Of a stretch of DNA of 64,000 nucleotides, positions 49,920 to 61,900 are shown in pieces. The notes under the pieces are model-generated. The model searched no databases, had not been told where the DNA came from, and saw nothing but the letters and a program-made list of their open reading frames with translations. Within the stretch, counting starts at the first letter, position 1. Each line of letters opens with the position of its first letter. This DNA is from Ascidiella aspersa (taxonomy: Eukaryota): contig OZ004615.1 in the NCBI GenBank assembly GCA_963924565.1, forward strand, positions 8,122,001 to 8,186,000, in the 5' to 3' direction. The position numbers were made by a program, and so were the translations under genes.

Positions 49920-52900
49920 TCATTTAGCAGGCACGACCACCTTCTCTGCCGCTGCCTCTTCACAGGTGGTGTCCTTGCAGGTGCAAGACAAGATGGTTAA
50001 CTGACTGTGCTTTCTTGGCGTGGCGTCGTCGCAAACCATGTCGTAGTTCCTTGACGCGGTGAAGGCCGGTTTGCAGCACTTGCACTTCCCTAGGGACGAA
50101 CAGCGACAAAATTAGGAAGATGTAGAAAGCTGTGCTTTTCTTCGGGACGGCGCATCGAGGAACTAGGGCTTTCTAGGGTATTTTCACCGCGGTTTTGTCT
50201 TTTTACAGCCTTAAAGAGCAACAGGGCCCTCAGGCTAACTGTTACGTGTTTATCAACACTTAAACACCCAAATTAATTAATTGCCATAAGCCAAATCTTA
50301 GAGTTCATTAAGTTATCTTACGAATTTTTAAATAGGGCTTTAGATTACGCGTTTCAGCTTTCGTTTGCCAAATATGTTCTTCAGTTACATAATATCATAT
50401 TTGATGATGCAAAGTTTTCCGTATTGTTGTGTGTAAAATTCCTAAGTTTTTCTGCTTTAGTTCGCCTCGTTTCAAACTTGACACTAACCTTTTAGCGATT
50501 TTGTAATATTTTACCACTTGGACTAGCGAACCCTTAAGTTATAGCCTTAGTTTACCAACAACGCTACCAGGGTCTCTACAGGTTTTAAACAAACAAACAA
50601 ACAAATAGAACAAAATAAACGTTTAGATAGGCCGTTTTCAAACTGGGGTCCGCAGACCAAATGGAGTCTTAGAGGGTCCGCAAAGGAGAATAAGTCTCTA
50701 AGTTTTTCAACATTAGGCTTTGGCGAATCTTTTCAAACATTAGTCCATGTTTTAAACATGATCTGTCATCATTATCCTCTTTAGTTATGCTTTATTATTC
50801 GATCATGTGGAGTGTTTTATGATGTCTCTTGTGACATCATAAAGCATCTATTATGCTGTACTACCTGCTGTCAGCGAATCGTTCGCCTTAGTCAGAAAGT
50901 TGTTACATTGGAAAGAATCGTTACTGCACTAGTCTACAACAAGAAACATGGGTCAACTGACCCTTGAACTTTTTTAGGGCGGCGAAATATCAACGTAATT
51001 GCAAAGGGTCCGCCAGGCAAATTTTTGGAAAAGTTTAGGAACCGCTGGTTTAGATAATCCTCGTATCTACCCTCATTCGATCACTCCTGTTTCGCGCCAG
51101 CTTAGTCCGAAGTTTGAATAATGACAATGAATTGACTGCGTTTGTTATCCCCAAACCACTGTGGCCAAAGAAGAGATTATTACCTGCTATGAGACCCGAC
51201 GTAGGGTTGATGTGCTGTGTGGTAGGGCACGATCCCGAGCAGTAGTTGATGTCGTAGGCCTTGTTTGTCCAGCAGCGGTGACCTTCCACGGTTGCATTGA
51301 GAATCACGTTCCGAGTGCCGACTGCGCACGGGTAGGGCGATTCTTCACCTTTAAAAGGGAAAGTAAAGTTTTAGTATTGCTTTTATGCAGATGTTTCGTC
51401 CTTCATATAAACATCGTACAAACGCCGTGTACCCCGAACTGGCCAAATTTTTCTTTTAGTGTTTCTTGTCTTTTTTAATCAAATCGTTTCAGCCCAAAGG
51501 TGTCCTGCTTTCTATCGCACCCTCAAAATGAAAGTGTGGGCTTAAACGATATAAAGACGCTTTACGCAAATCGATAACATAGTTGCAATGTAGCTTTTGT
51601 ATTGAAAGTAACGCCTCTCTAGCCTTACACTTTTTCAAAAAAAACGAGCTGTGTGGTGTACAAAAGGTTACTTTGTTGACGATTTAGATGTAATTTTGTG
51701 ACGCCTTTTATGACAAGAAAAATGGTAACGTCATTCGCAAAACAAAAATCTTAGATGCGTTAATCAGTTCAACTGTGTTGTACGGCCATAGAAGAGAAGC
51801 CAAAATTTAGTTTGATTCAGGTCCTCTTAAGCGCTATGCCAGCCCTACAGCTTTCCGTCATTAACTGATTCCAAATCAACTTGTTTTAAGGCAGCTGTTT
51901 ACGCTGATCGTATAAATTTGTCACTACCACCATCTGTAAATAACCCGCACAAGAAAGTAAACTCGTATACTTACAGTACTTGCAGCAGCCAGAAGTAGAA
52001 AGGTTGGCAAGAATCCGTCCACCCCTCTGTGCAACATATAACAGTTCGGTTTAGTTTAAACAGAAATAAATCAATAAAATGTTTTTTTAGGTAGATCAGA
52101 CAGGCGGTCCATGACTAATCCCTAAATTTCTTTTCAAATAGTCGTATTGGACATTTAATAAAAAAAAAAACGATGCAGACATTTACCCCGATTTTTGTTA
52201 TTTACATTGTCCCCACAGTGGAGATTAGAATAACTGCAATTTTTCGAAGAATAAGAATACTAGTTCTCGACAAAATATACCCGTTCAGATGGGACTCTTG
52301 CACAAGATGCATACAACAATGTAGCTTGCTTCAGACTTACCTCAACGCAAGTTTGGTTTATCGGCTCGCACTCGTACTTATTGTAGGAGACGATTTGCGG
52401 ACATTTGGTGGTTGTGTTGCGTACGCAACTCGATGCATAACATGAGTCGTTTCGGATAGAGCTTCCAATCTAAAAATAGCGGAACATAAAGTAATAATCC
52501 TTTGTAACTGCTATCGTCTTGAATCGCAAGCCAAAATTGGCAGTTTTAATGACAGTCAAAGTCACCATAAATGATTAAAAACTTGGTCGTATTTGAGTTT
52601 ATAAATAAAACAGCTTTCGTTATGCATTGCAAAAAGAACTTATAAAATAATCGTCGCTAATAAAATTGCGTTGGTGTTTGATGATAGTAAGTACACTGCG
52701 AATTGCAGTCAGGTAAACAATTAATAATGCTTCAATTTCGTCTACAATTCTTAATCGATTCTCTGAAAAACATCCAAAATCGACGTATCCCCTGGAGAAT
52801 GAGGTTAAATCCGCCATGTGAAAAACAGACAGCAACTTACCGGGAAAGCGATCTCGTTTTGCACGCACTTGTCGCACACGCATTCGAACTCAGGGCAGCA

Positions 52901-55900
52901 TTCACTAAGGGCGTTGGTACGTACGCGCCTCAAACCGATCGCACAGGTTACATTCCACTGGGCGCAGACCGACTGCAGCATGGCGTTGTTCATGCATTGG
53001 CACCTGTACTTGGGACAGCATGGACCAGTCTTGCTATTGCGCTGTTCCAGCTGAAATCAAAGACAATTGTATGGTTTGGGTTTAGTTCACTAGAGGCGGC
53101 GAACATACAAGGAAGTTATTTGGTAAGTTTAACTGCAGTATATTGGCTGATGTGTTCGCCCTTAAGCCGAGTGACAAAACCCGCAATTGACATAAGCCAA
53201 ATTTAAACGTATCAATATAAGGACCCATTGCTTAAAAAAACTTGATACTTAGGGTGTTAGAAAAACAAAATCCAAGCAACTGAAGTAGTATGTTGTGTTT
53301 GCTTCCAGGCCGCGTGATAAAACACGGTATTGACATAAGCCAAATTTAAACATATCAATACGTGCATGTGGTAAAAAAAACTTGCGCCCGATGCCTTGTG
53401 CTTAATACTGTTAAGTTAAGAAAAAAATACAAAATAAGCATTTTTTTGGTTGAGAAAAAAAAATACAAAATAAGCAAAATGCGTCAAATTGTCGAAATGC
53501 GTCAATTGCAGGCACGAAAGGATTAGACCGTATACATACTTGAATAGGCCGCGTACCTGAATCCTTTCCTCGCCCAATGGGCACGTGAAGTCGTCCCACT
53601 GATCGCAGCTCGTTTTCAGGATGCTCTCGTCATCACACACGCACTTGCGCAGCGGACAGCAATCTGATGTGTTGGCCATGAAGCCGTCCATTTCCTTGTG
53701 CGTGTAGTTGCCACAGGTGGCCACTTCGTCGGGTGGGCAGAGTGCTGAAAGTCGCGCGGCGTTCTTGCACTGGCAGCGGTAGCCCGAGCAGCAGGGGTCG
53801 GTGTCAGGCACCTCCTCATAAGGGACGGCCCGCAAATACACGCTGGAACACAGCTCGTGCTCGTACTCCGTAATCGACTTGCACCGCAGCGTCGGGTCGG
53901 TCAGGTTCTTGATGACGTGGCACGACTCCATGTCACCGAGCGTGGTTCGTTCTTCACTGCACATTCGCGTCACGTTGCAGCCGCCACCGATATCCTCCTT
54001 CCAGGTGTCGTGCAGCGCGACCATGTAGCCGCTCGTCAACTCGCAAACGTCGCACCTGCACACGTGCAGCGGGCAACAGTCTCGCGTGCCTGGCATCGTC
54101 GCGTCGGTCTGTACCATTGTCGTGTTACCAGTGCAGTTAGGCTTGGGACACTTACCCGTGTCGCCGCACACGATCTTGTACTTGGGGCAGCATTTTTGCA
54201 GCGGGTTTTCGCTGGTATTTAGCGCGACATACTTCTCGTATATCGCCGGCAACCTGTCGGGCTTCTCCATGTGGTTGATAGGGCACGGTTTGCAGGTGCA
54301 ACTGTAGGTAGGACAACACAAGCCGTCGGTAAAGTTGAGCTGTTTATGCTCACTGTAGTCGCACGACAGATCCGAACCGGGACACTGCGCGTCAAGCTCG
54401 CTCCCTTTGAGACACGGACAGTGCAGTTTCTGGCAGCACTCGCCGGTCGTCACGTAGGTCATGTTTTCCCTTCCTGCCTCTTTGCACTGCACCAGCGTCA
54501 CGTTGGATTTCTCGCACACGTCCAGCAGCATTGTTGCGTTGTTACACACGCACTGAAACTCGTCGCAGCATTGATTTGTGACTGTAAGCGCCTCGGCGTG
54601 CTGGTAGCCTGCCTGACAGTAGTTCGACTCGAAGTCGGACAGCTTCGTACAGTGTTCGATCTGTTTGTAGTTGGTATCGATGACGTAGCAAGATATCTCA
54701 TCACTCTCGTCGACCCTGCGGCTGCTGCAAACTTTCGTGACAGAGCAGTGCTGCGAGTCGGTGACGTTGTAGGTTTGCCCGCGCTCCAGGCGCGTTCCAT
54801 TTGCGGTAAAGCACGAGTCGCAGCTGCAGGTGTTGTTGGCACAGCAGTCGCCTTGCGCAGCCAGGTTCCTCAGAACGTAGCCCGGGTCGCAACTGGTTAC
54901 GTTTGCCGGTTTGCAGGTTTTGCAAATGCATTTATACGATGGGCAGCAGGGGTTTGAGGCGTTTTGGCCGGCACTTTGGTCGACGGTCACCATCATGTCG
55001 GGCTTGTTACACACGTCCAGGGTCTCGTTGTAGGCCGGACAGAGGTTCGGCAGCTTGGCCATGTCGGCTCCGCAGGTGCAATTATAGTAAGGACAGCTGG
55101 TTCCGTCTGAAATCAACTTGGCCACTTCTCCTGGATGCTTGCAAGTCGGCAGCTTCTTGTCCGGGCAAACTGCGGAAGCAAATCTTATACTTTAGCTATG
55201 CAGCTGATTTTATTCCATAGCGTGTTGCTCAAACGCATGGAAAAGTTTGTTTGACAAAACAATAGTGTTTCGCAATTTTAGGACGTAGCGTAATACATTT
55301 TAAATATGACACCAGATCGAAACGACGGAACTGTGCCACATGATTTGACACAACAATCTTCTAAAATACATAATATTTTTAACAAATTCCCATTCTTGGG
55401 CAAAAAAATTGGTAAATCATCCAAATGACAGCTGTTTGGGGGCTAAAAATACTAAAAACGTGATAAGATTGTATTAATAAATACATAATTACCACAAGCA
55501 TGTTTGGGACAGCATTCCGTTGTAGAATTTACTTCAACGATTTGGTCGGGGTTGCAATTCTTGTCTTTGTATTGCTCGGCCGTTTCGCAAGTCTGGTTTA
55601 CTGTAAAGGACAAACTTAAGTTTAATGAATTTAGTAGAATTTTGCTGGAACCTGCATTTCGGATTGCTTTTAGAAGACGACAGTACGCCTAAAAGCTCTT
55701 TCCGAACAGTCATGATCAGTCCTGCACATCTCAAAATGGTAAAAGGGGCCCATCTTGACGTTGATGCAACCGTTGTATTGTATACTTTTTTGGTTGAAAG
55801 AAGAAATAAAAAAGTGTGATTTGAACAGGTCCGTTAAATTGTTTCGATGATTAGTTAATATTTAAGAGACATAGAGATAAGTCGGCAATGGTTTCACCAT

Positions 55901-58900
55901 AGAGTGTCATTATACGGTACGGGCCTATAGGCTGAAATATTCTAGCTAATTGGGCTAAAAGCTACTGTAATGGCAGAAAATTTGTTGTTTCGTGGTTGAA
56001 ATGAGCAAAAATTTACGTGGTTGAAATAAGCTAAAAAAAAGTTTGGTGTGGAGCCCTGACCTCTTAACAATGTTGTTGTTAAAAGCAACTTAGTTTACAG
56101 AAAAACTCCCACAATATCAATTATTAGAAATATTGTTGTTAAAACCAACTCAGTTTACAGAAAAGCTCCCACAATGTTAATTATTAGAAATGTTGTTTTA
56201 AAAACAACTCAGTTTACAGCCCACAATATTAATTATTAGAAATGTCGTTTTAAAAACAACTCAGTTTACAGAAAAACTCCAGTACATCAGTTTAACTGAC
56301 TGAAATAACACCAGACACTATTATATTTTCTTTAACCTGGTCGCGTAGTTTGTTGCTCTTGGTTCTATGATTATTTTCCTATGACTTTTAATTTCTACCA
56401 CCTGGTTTAAGCGTTTACATTATTTTGTATTCGTTTTTCAAAGTCTGATGATGCCGTGATGGGCGAAATATATTTCTCTTTTATAAACTAGAACCTATAG
56501 CGACAGATTTTGACTGAGACAAGAAAGTCTATACTGTTTTGCAGACACTATTAGGACAATTCTTACGAATGAATTGTTACAGAAATACTAGCCAAAAAAA
56601 CAAAATACTAGCGAAAAAGCTTTTTTATAACAAATCGTGCCGATGCCATTATCAAACGAGCTTCATCGTGCTCACGAGCGACAAGTTAGGGATCCCTGCT
56701 CTATGTGAAGATATTTCGCCATGTTAAAAAACAAAATATCGTAGAGGTCACTTTTGATAGGAACGACCAATGTCTTGTTTTTGATAGCATGCAATACATA
56801 AACAGTTATTTGAAAATTGCATTAACAAACGGAAATATATTATCACGTTCCGGAATGCTGTAAGAAGTTGGTCTGGTCATGCGGTAAAGGTCTGACTGGT
56901 CAGCAATTGGCACACTACTTTCTTACGGGATGATAGGCAACGAATAAATGTGTTCTAGAAATTTTTGTATTAAAGGATATTATTTATTTTAAAGTAATAG
57001 TAGAATAGTTTGACCCACAATGTGTTTTTGTGTGGCCATCACAAATCCACGTTAAACCCTTGCTCTTTGTTCGACAACACCGGGGCCAACACACATGTCA
57101 GGCTTCAAAATAGTCAAAAAAACTCACCGCACAGATACTCAGTGCAGCAGAGATCCGGGTCGGGGTGCGTGGCGTTGTAGCTGACCTCCTCGGCTTTCTG
57201 GCATGTATTGCAGTTCGGCTTGCTGCAGTTCTTGACGATCGGACTGGGAATGAGGCACTTGCGTCCGTTGTCGTAGCGCTTGGCCGTCGGCGAGCAATCG
57301 TACTGCTGGATGCAGCCGACGCTGTCCGCCATGCCCCAAGTGCTGCCGATTTCATGTAACTCGCTGTTGGTGTCCTCACAGGAATTGCACTCGCACGACG
57401 TCTTGTTGCAATCGCACTCATCCTTGATCACGCTAAGCAGATAGCCTTTTGGGCAGTTTTCGACCGTGGGCTCCGTGCACTCCTTGCAGCGGCATTCCAC
57501 GTTGGGGCAGCAAGGACCCCCCCAAGTGCCGTCCACTTCGACGATTTCCTTCAGCGGGTTGTTGCAGAAGATGAAGATGAAGTTCGCACAGACGCTCTTG
57601 TAATACTCCGTGTCGTTGGCGCAAACGCAAGCCGAGCTCGGGCAGGACGTCGGCGACTCGGCAACGTCCTTTCGCACCTCACCCGAGTAGGAACAAATAG
57701 ACGTATCCTTGGCTTTGCACACTGCAAAACAGAGAAACTAGTCAGGTATTTCCCTTTAGAAACGAGTTATGCTTAAAAGGTTTCAAAAAGGCCTCGTACT
57801 GAAATTTTTGGTTGATTTGCTTTGTAGCTTCCATGTAGGCTACTGTAGTATGATTAGCAGCTAAAACTGGAATGAAAAAATCGGAAAATTGACCACAAGA
57901 ATTTTAGTATAGAAGTTGCTAGTATAAAATCATACAAATTAAACCACTTGACGCCAAAATATCTCTCCCAATATAACTTGAAAAGCTGATTCGTGCAAAT
58001 GATTCAACTTACCACACTTGTATTCTGTACAGCAAGCCCCATTGCCAGTGTCGACGGCATACTGTCCAGTCTTATTGCAGTACTTCGCTTCAAAATTCGA
58101 AGCCGTGTCGCAATTGTCTTTTTCAGCCCAGATGGTGTCCGGCAGGTGACATGAAAGGGGGTCGCTGGAGATTTTTTGGGCTGAGCAAATTTTCTTCTCT
58201 GGACAGCCGGATGGGTCAAGTTCCTGGTACTGCTCGCCAACCGCGACAAGCGAACCATTCGCCAGCTTGCAGCTGTTGCAGTTGCACGTCCAATTGGAAC
58301 AGCAATCTCCTTCGGTCTTAAGATCCTTCTCTTCGTAACCTTTTTTACACGTGATGTTCTTTTCAGCACAAGTATCGCAAACACACTGGTACGATGGGCA
58401 GCAAGGATTGGACGAATTGTAGCCGGCGGGTTGGTTAATGGAAACCTTCATATCTGGTTTTGTGCATGTAGCTTTCGTTTCTTGGTAACCGGAGCAGAGG
58501 TTTTCAAGCTCTTTCATATCATTACTACACAAACATGTGTAGTTTTTGTGACATTTTGTCTCCTCCGCCAGGGTTAGATTCTCACCGGGATAAGTGCAGC
58601 TGGGTTTGGTCTCGGCAGACATGGTTTTGTTGCACTCTAAACAAATATGAATAAATTATGAAATGATAACAAATAATTTCAAAGCGCTTATTCAGATATA
58701 GGGTAATATATTAACCACATGGGTAAACAAACGTCAAAAATACGTTTTTTTGCCATGATACTAATGACTATGGGTCTCCGATGCTTGTCATTTTATTTAG
58801 GATACCGATATGCGATATTTTACGCAAAAAGTATCGCGATTTTTCCCAAAACCAAATGACGACATTAGTAAGTTCAAAAAAGTAAAATACATAACTTTAA

Positions 58901-61900
58901 ACGTACAATGCTCTTATTGTCCATGTAATTTGCTTAAAATAAAGTTTTGTCTTAAAATTTAGGTACCTCTAGCTGTTAACCTAATATTTTTTGATAAGTG
59001 ATTCTTTTAATGTAAAAAGCATTGCGTTGGATTTGAAATCGAGGCTGTAATGCACAAATTAAGTTAGTATTAGTTGGGCACCGATAACACCCGAGCATCG
59101 GATGAGCACCAAGAGTATCACTTGGCTTTTGATATCGGATCTTATCCGATATTTTCGGACTGAATCCCTATTAATGAATTTAGAATCCTTACCGTACGAA
59201 AGACATGGCAGTATGAATCCATAATCGACGACTTACCACATGTGTATTTTTGGCAACAAGATGTTGGATCATCGACTTCGTATGCTAATTCGCCTTCTAA
59301 AACGTTACAGTTGCTTTCTTGGTATTCGTCCTTCGATTGGCAAACTTCAGTGGTTTTGTTGATTTTGTAACAACCAAGGTTCGATAACCTTTCGCTTGTG
59401 CAAAAATTATCTACCTGGCAATTTCCGTCTTTGCTTGTCCAGCGTGAACCAGGCTGCAAACAATTAATTGCATTAAAACTTTTGGGTTCAATAACCTAAA
59501 TAGCAATTATTTCATTTAAACAGGTTTCAGAATGATTGATTAAAAATGATCACTTACACTCTTCAGTTCTTTATATGCTGTAATGCAATACCGACACTCA
59601 ATAGTATAGTTGGAGCAACACGACGTCTGTCCAGTTTCCAGGTTTGGCTGAAACACTTTCTCGTGACCAAGAGGTATGTTGGTGGTGTTATCACTTCTAA
59701 GACACAGCTTGTTAAGTTCCGTTTCGTTTTTACACTTGCATTGGAAGGTTCGCGGACAGCATGTGTTGTCTGCCGTGGTCTCCACCTTAGCGTGATAGAA
59801 ATTGTTTAGTTCGGATAATAAAAATTAACATAGCACGATATAAATAAACTGTTTAAACAACCACAAAGCAAAACACAAACAGTGTAGTTTGTTGAATTGA
59901 GTCAAATTAAAATATTCCATAAAAAATAGTAAAATGTTCGTGAAATATAGAATGGAATAGAATTTTCAATTTAAGTGTTTAACTTACGGTGTCTTGATAT
60001 AGCGAACAACTGTCAATGCCGTCCGTTTGATTGCAAGCGCTACGATTACAAATGCACTCTATTTTAGGACAGCATCCTTCATAAAATGTCTCGTTGACGA
60101 CATTTTTTGTATACCAAACTTGACTACAAGTGGATTGAGGAAATTCTGTTTCGCATTTCGAGGAGTCACATTCGCAAACTGTTGACTTGCATCCGCATTC
60201 TTTTGAATATTCCTCACTGAAAAATTGTAACAAAATATGAAATTGTAGTTTAAGTTAATGATGAAAAGTACGATATACACTCATAAGATTCCTAACTAAA
60301 AACTTTTGCCAGGAAAGTTATACATTTTGGAACTCACTTGTCAATTACTTTTGGCGACCAAGACTGTTTATCACATGTTTGGTTGGTTTCTGGGCATGAG
60401 CGGCATACGCATTTGTACTGTGGACAACATTGGTCGTCTGGGTTGGTTCTTACACGGATCATGCCTTTCCGTGAGCAATTGTAATTTGTCCTGTATAAAG
60501 AAATTAAACGTTGAATAAATACACTGGTCACTTAAATTTTAAGTAAAATTAGGATTTCGCCGCTAAATAAACCGATAAGCTTTCGCTAAGTTTTTAATAA
60601 TCTAAATACATTACACTGTATAGACTAAAATGTGTTTTTTTTTGTAAAGCAATTAATTATCTAAGCGTTATTCTAAAGGAAAAATATACAATTTTCTTGT
60701 ACCAATAAATTCTCAAAATACTTACCAATAATCACAATGCTTAGACAACATTGTGTCATTATTACACACGCATTGGAAATCATCACAGCATTGACCCGGA
60801 GGTTTTTCCGTTTTAACCGCATGTTCTATGTTAGCTAAACAACTTTTCGTTTCGTACTCTTCTAAAGGTTGGCAATTATCTTCTGTGTCATGGATGGTTT
60901 CGATCGAATAGCAAGAAGTCACATCATTGACGTCGGTTTTGATAGAGGAGCATGTCTTAGTTTCCATACATCCGTTTGATTTGGCTTCGGTAAACGTATC
61001 ACCTCTGGAAATAATGTGATTCGTGCTGTTTATACAACCATTGCATGCACAGGTCCAATTACTGCAACAATCCTCTTCATTTTTTACATCCACATTGGAA
61101 TAGCCCGTCTCGCAAGATTGATTTCCAACTTTGCACTCTTGGCACACACATTTGTACGAAGGACAGCAAGGATCGGAAGCATTGTAACCAGCAACCTTGT
61201 CGACGACCACCTCCATATCTGGTTTAGTACATTTAGCTTTCGTTTCCTGGTAGTCGGAGCAAAGGTTTTTCAAATTCTCCATGTCGGTGCTACATGTGCA
61301 GTTGTACTGAGGATAGCAACTTGTTTCAATGTTGTATTCTTGGACTTCTTCGCCTGGATGTTGACATATACGAGGGGGCGAAGTTCCGCTCGTGTTGCAA
61401 ACTGCGGAGGAAAATAACGAAAACAAAAATTAAATTTTAGCATTCTCATTTTATATAAACCAATATATATATAAAATGTATAGTCATAAGATTTGTTAAA
61501 ACCATTAAAATTACCCAGTAGATAAATAAGGTATATTCAACGTTTTATATAATTAAGAAAAATATTGTGAAACTAAAATGGATTGAAAAATCACTTGAAA
61601 CTAATTAACTTACCACATCGATATGTCATGCAACATCCAACTTTTCCTTTTTCAACTGCAATTTCCCCTTTTTTAATGCAATTTTTATCCTCGAAACTCT
61701 GTAATGTCGTGCAGGTTGTGTTTTCAATATATGTGGTCATTATCAGCCGACACGAGTCAACTGACGCGGAAACTCTGTTCTTTGAGCAAGTTTTCGACAA
61801 GCGACATTGGTCGGATGTTTCATCATACACTGTTCCAATTGGAATGTAAGTTCCGTTTTCCATTTTGCAGCTGTTGCAAACGCACGTCCAATTAGAACAG

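Larger units (their letters stand above)
36671..53110. repeat. Segmental duplication unit 2 (~16.4 kb), containing the real mucin 3' end
   Basis: Collinear with 18090-36671 (offset ~17.5 kb across the SAMD9-like gene). Confidence 0.9.

Noticed and set aside
53857-55220. Plus-strand ORFs up to 228 aa
   Set aside because: Antisense shadows of the GC-rich Cys-rich exon; no independent motifs
56069-56280. CRISPR-like array
   Set aside because: Contiguous tandem units without unique spacers, in a eukaryotic intron; no cas genes
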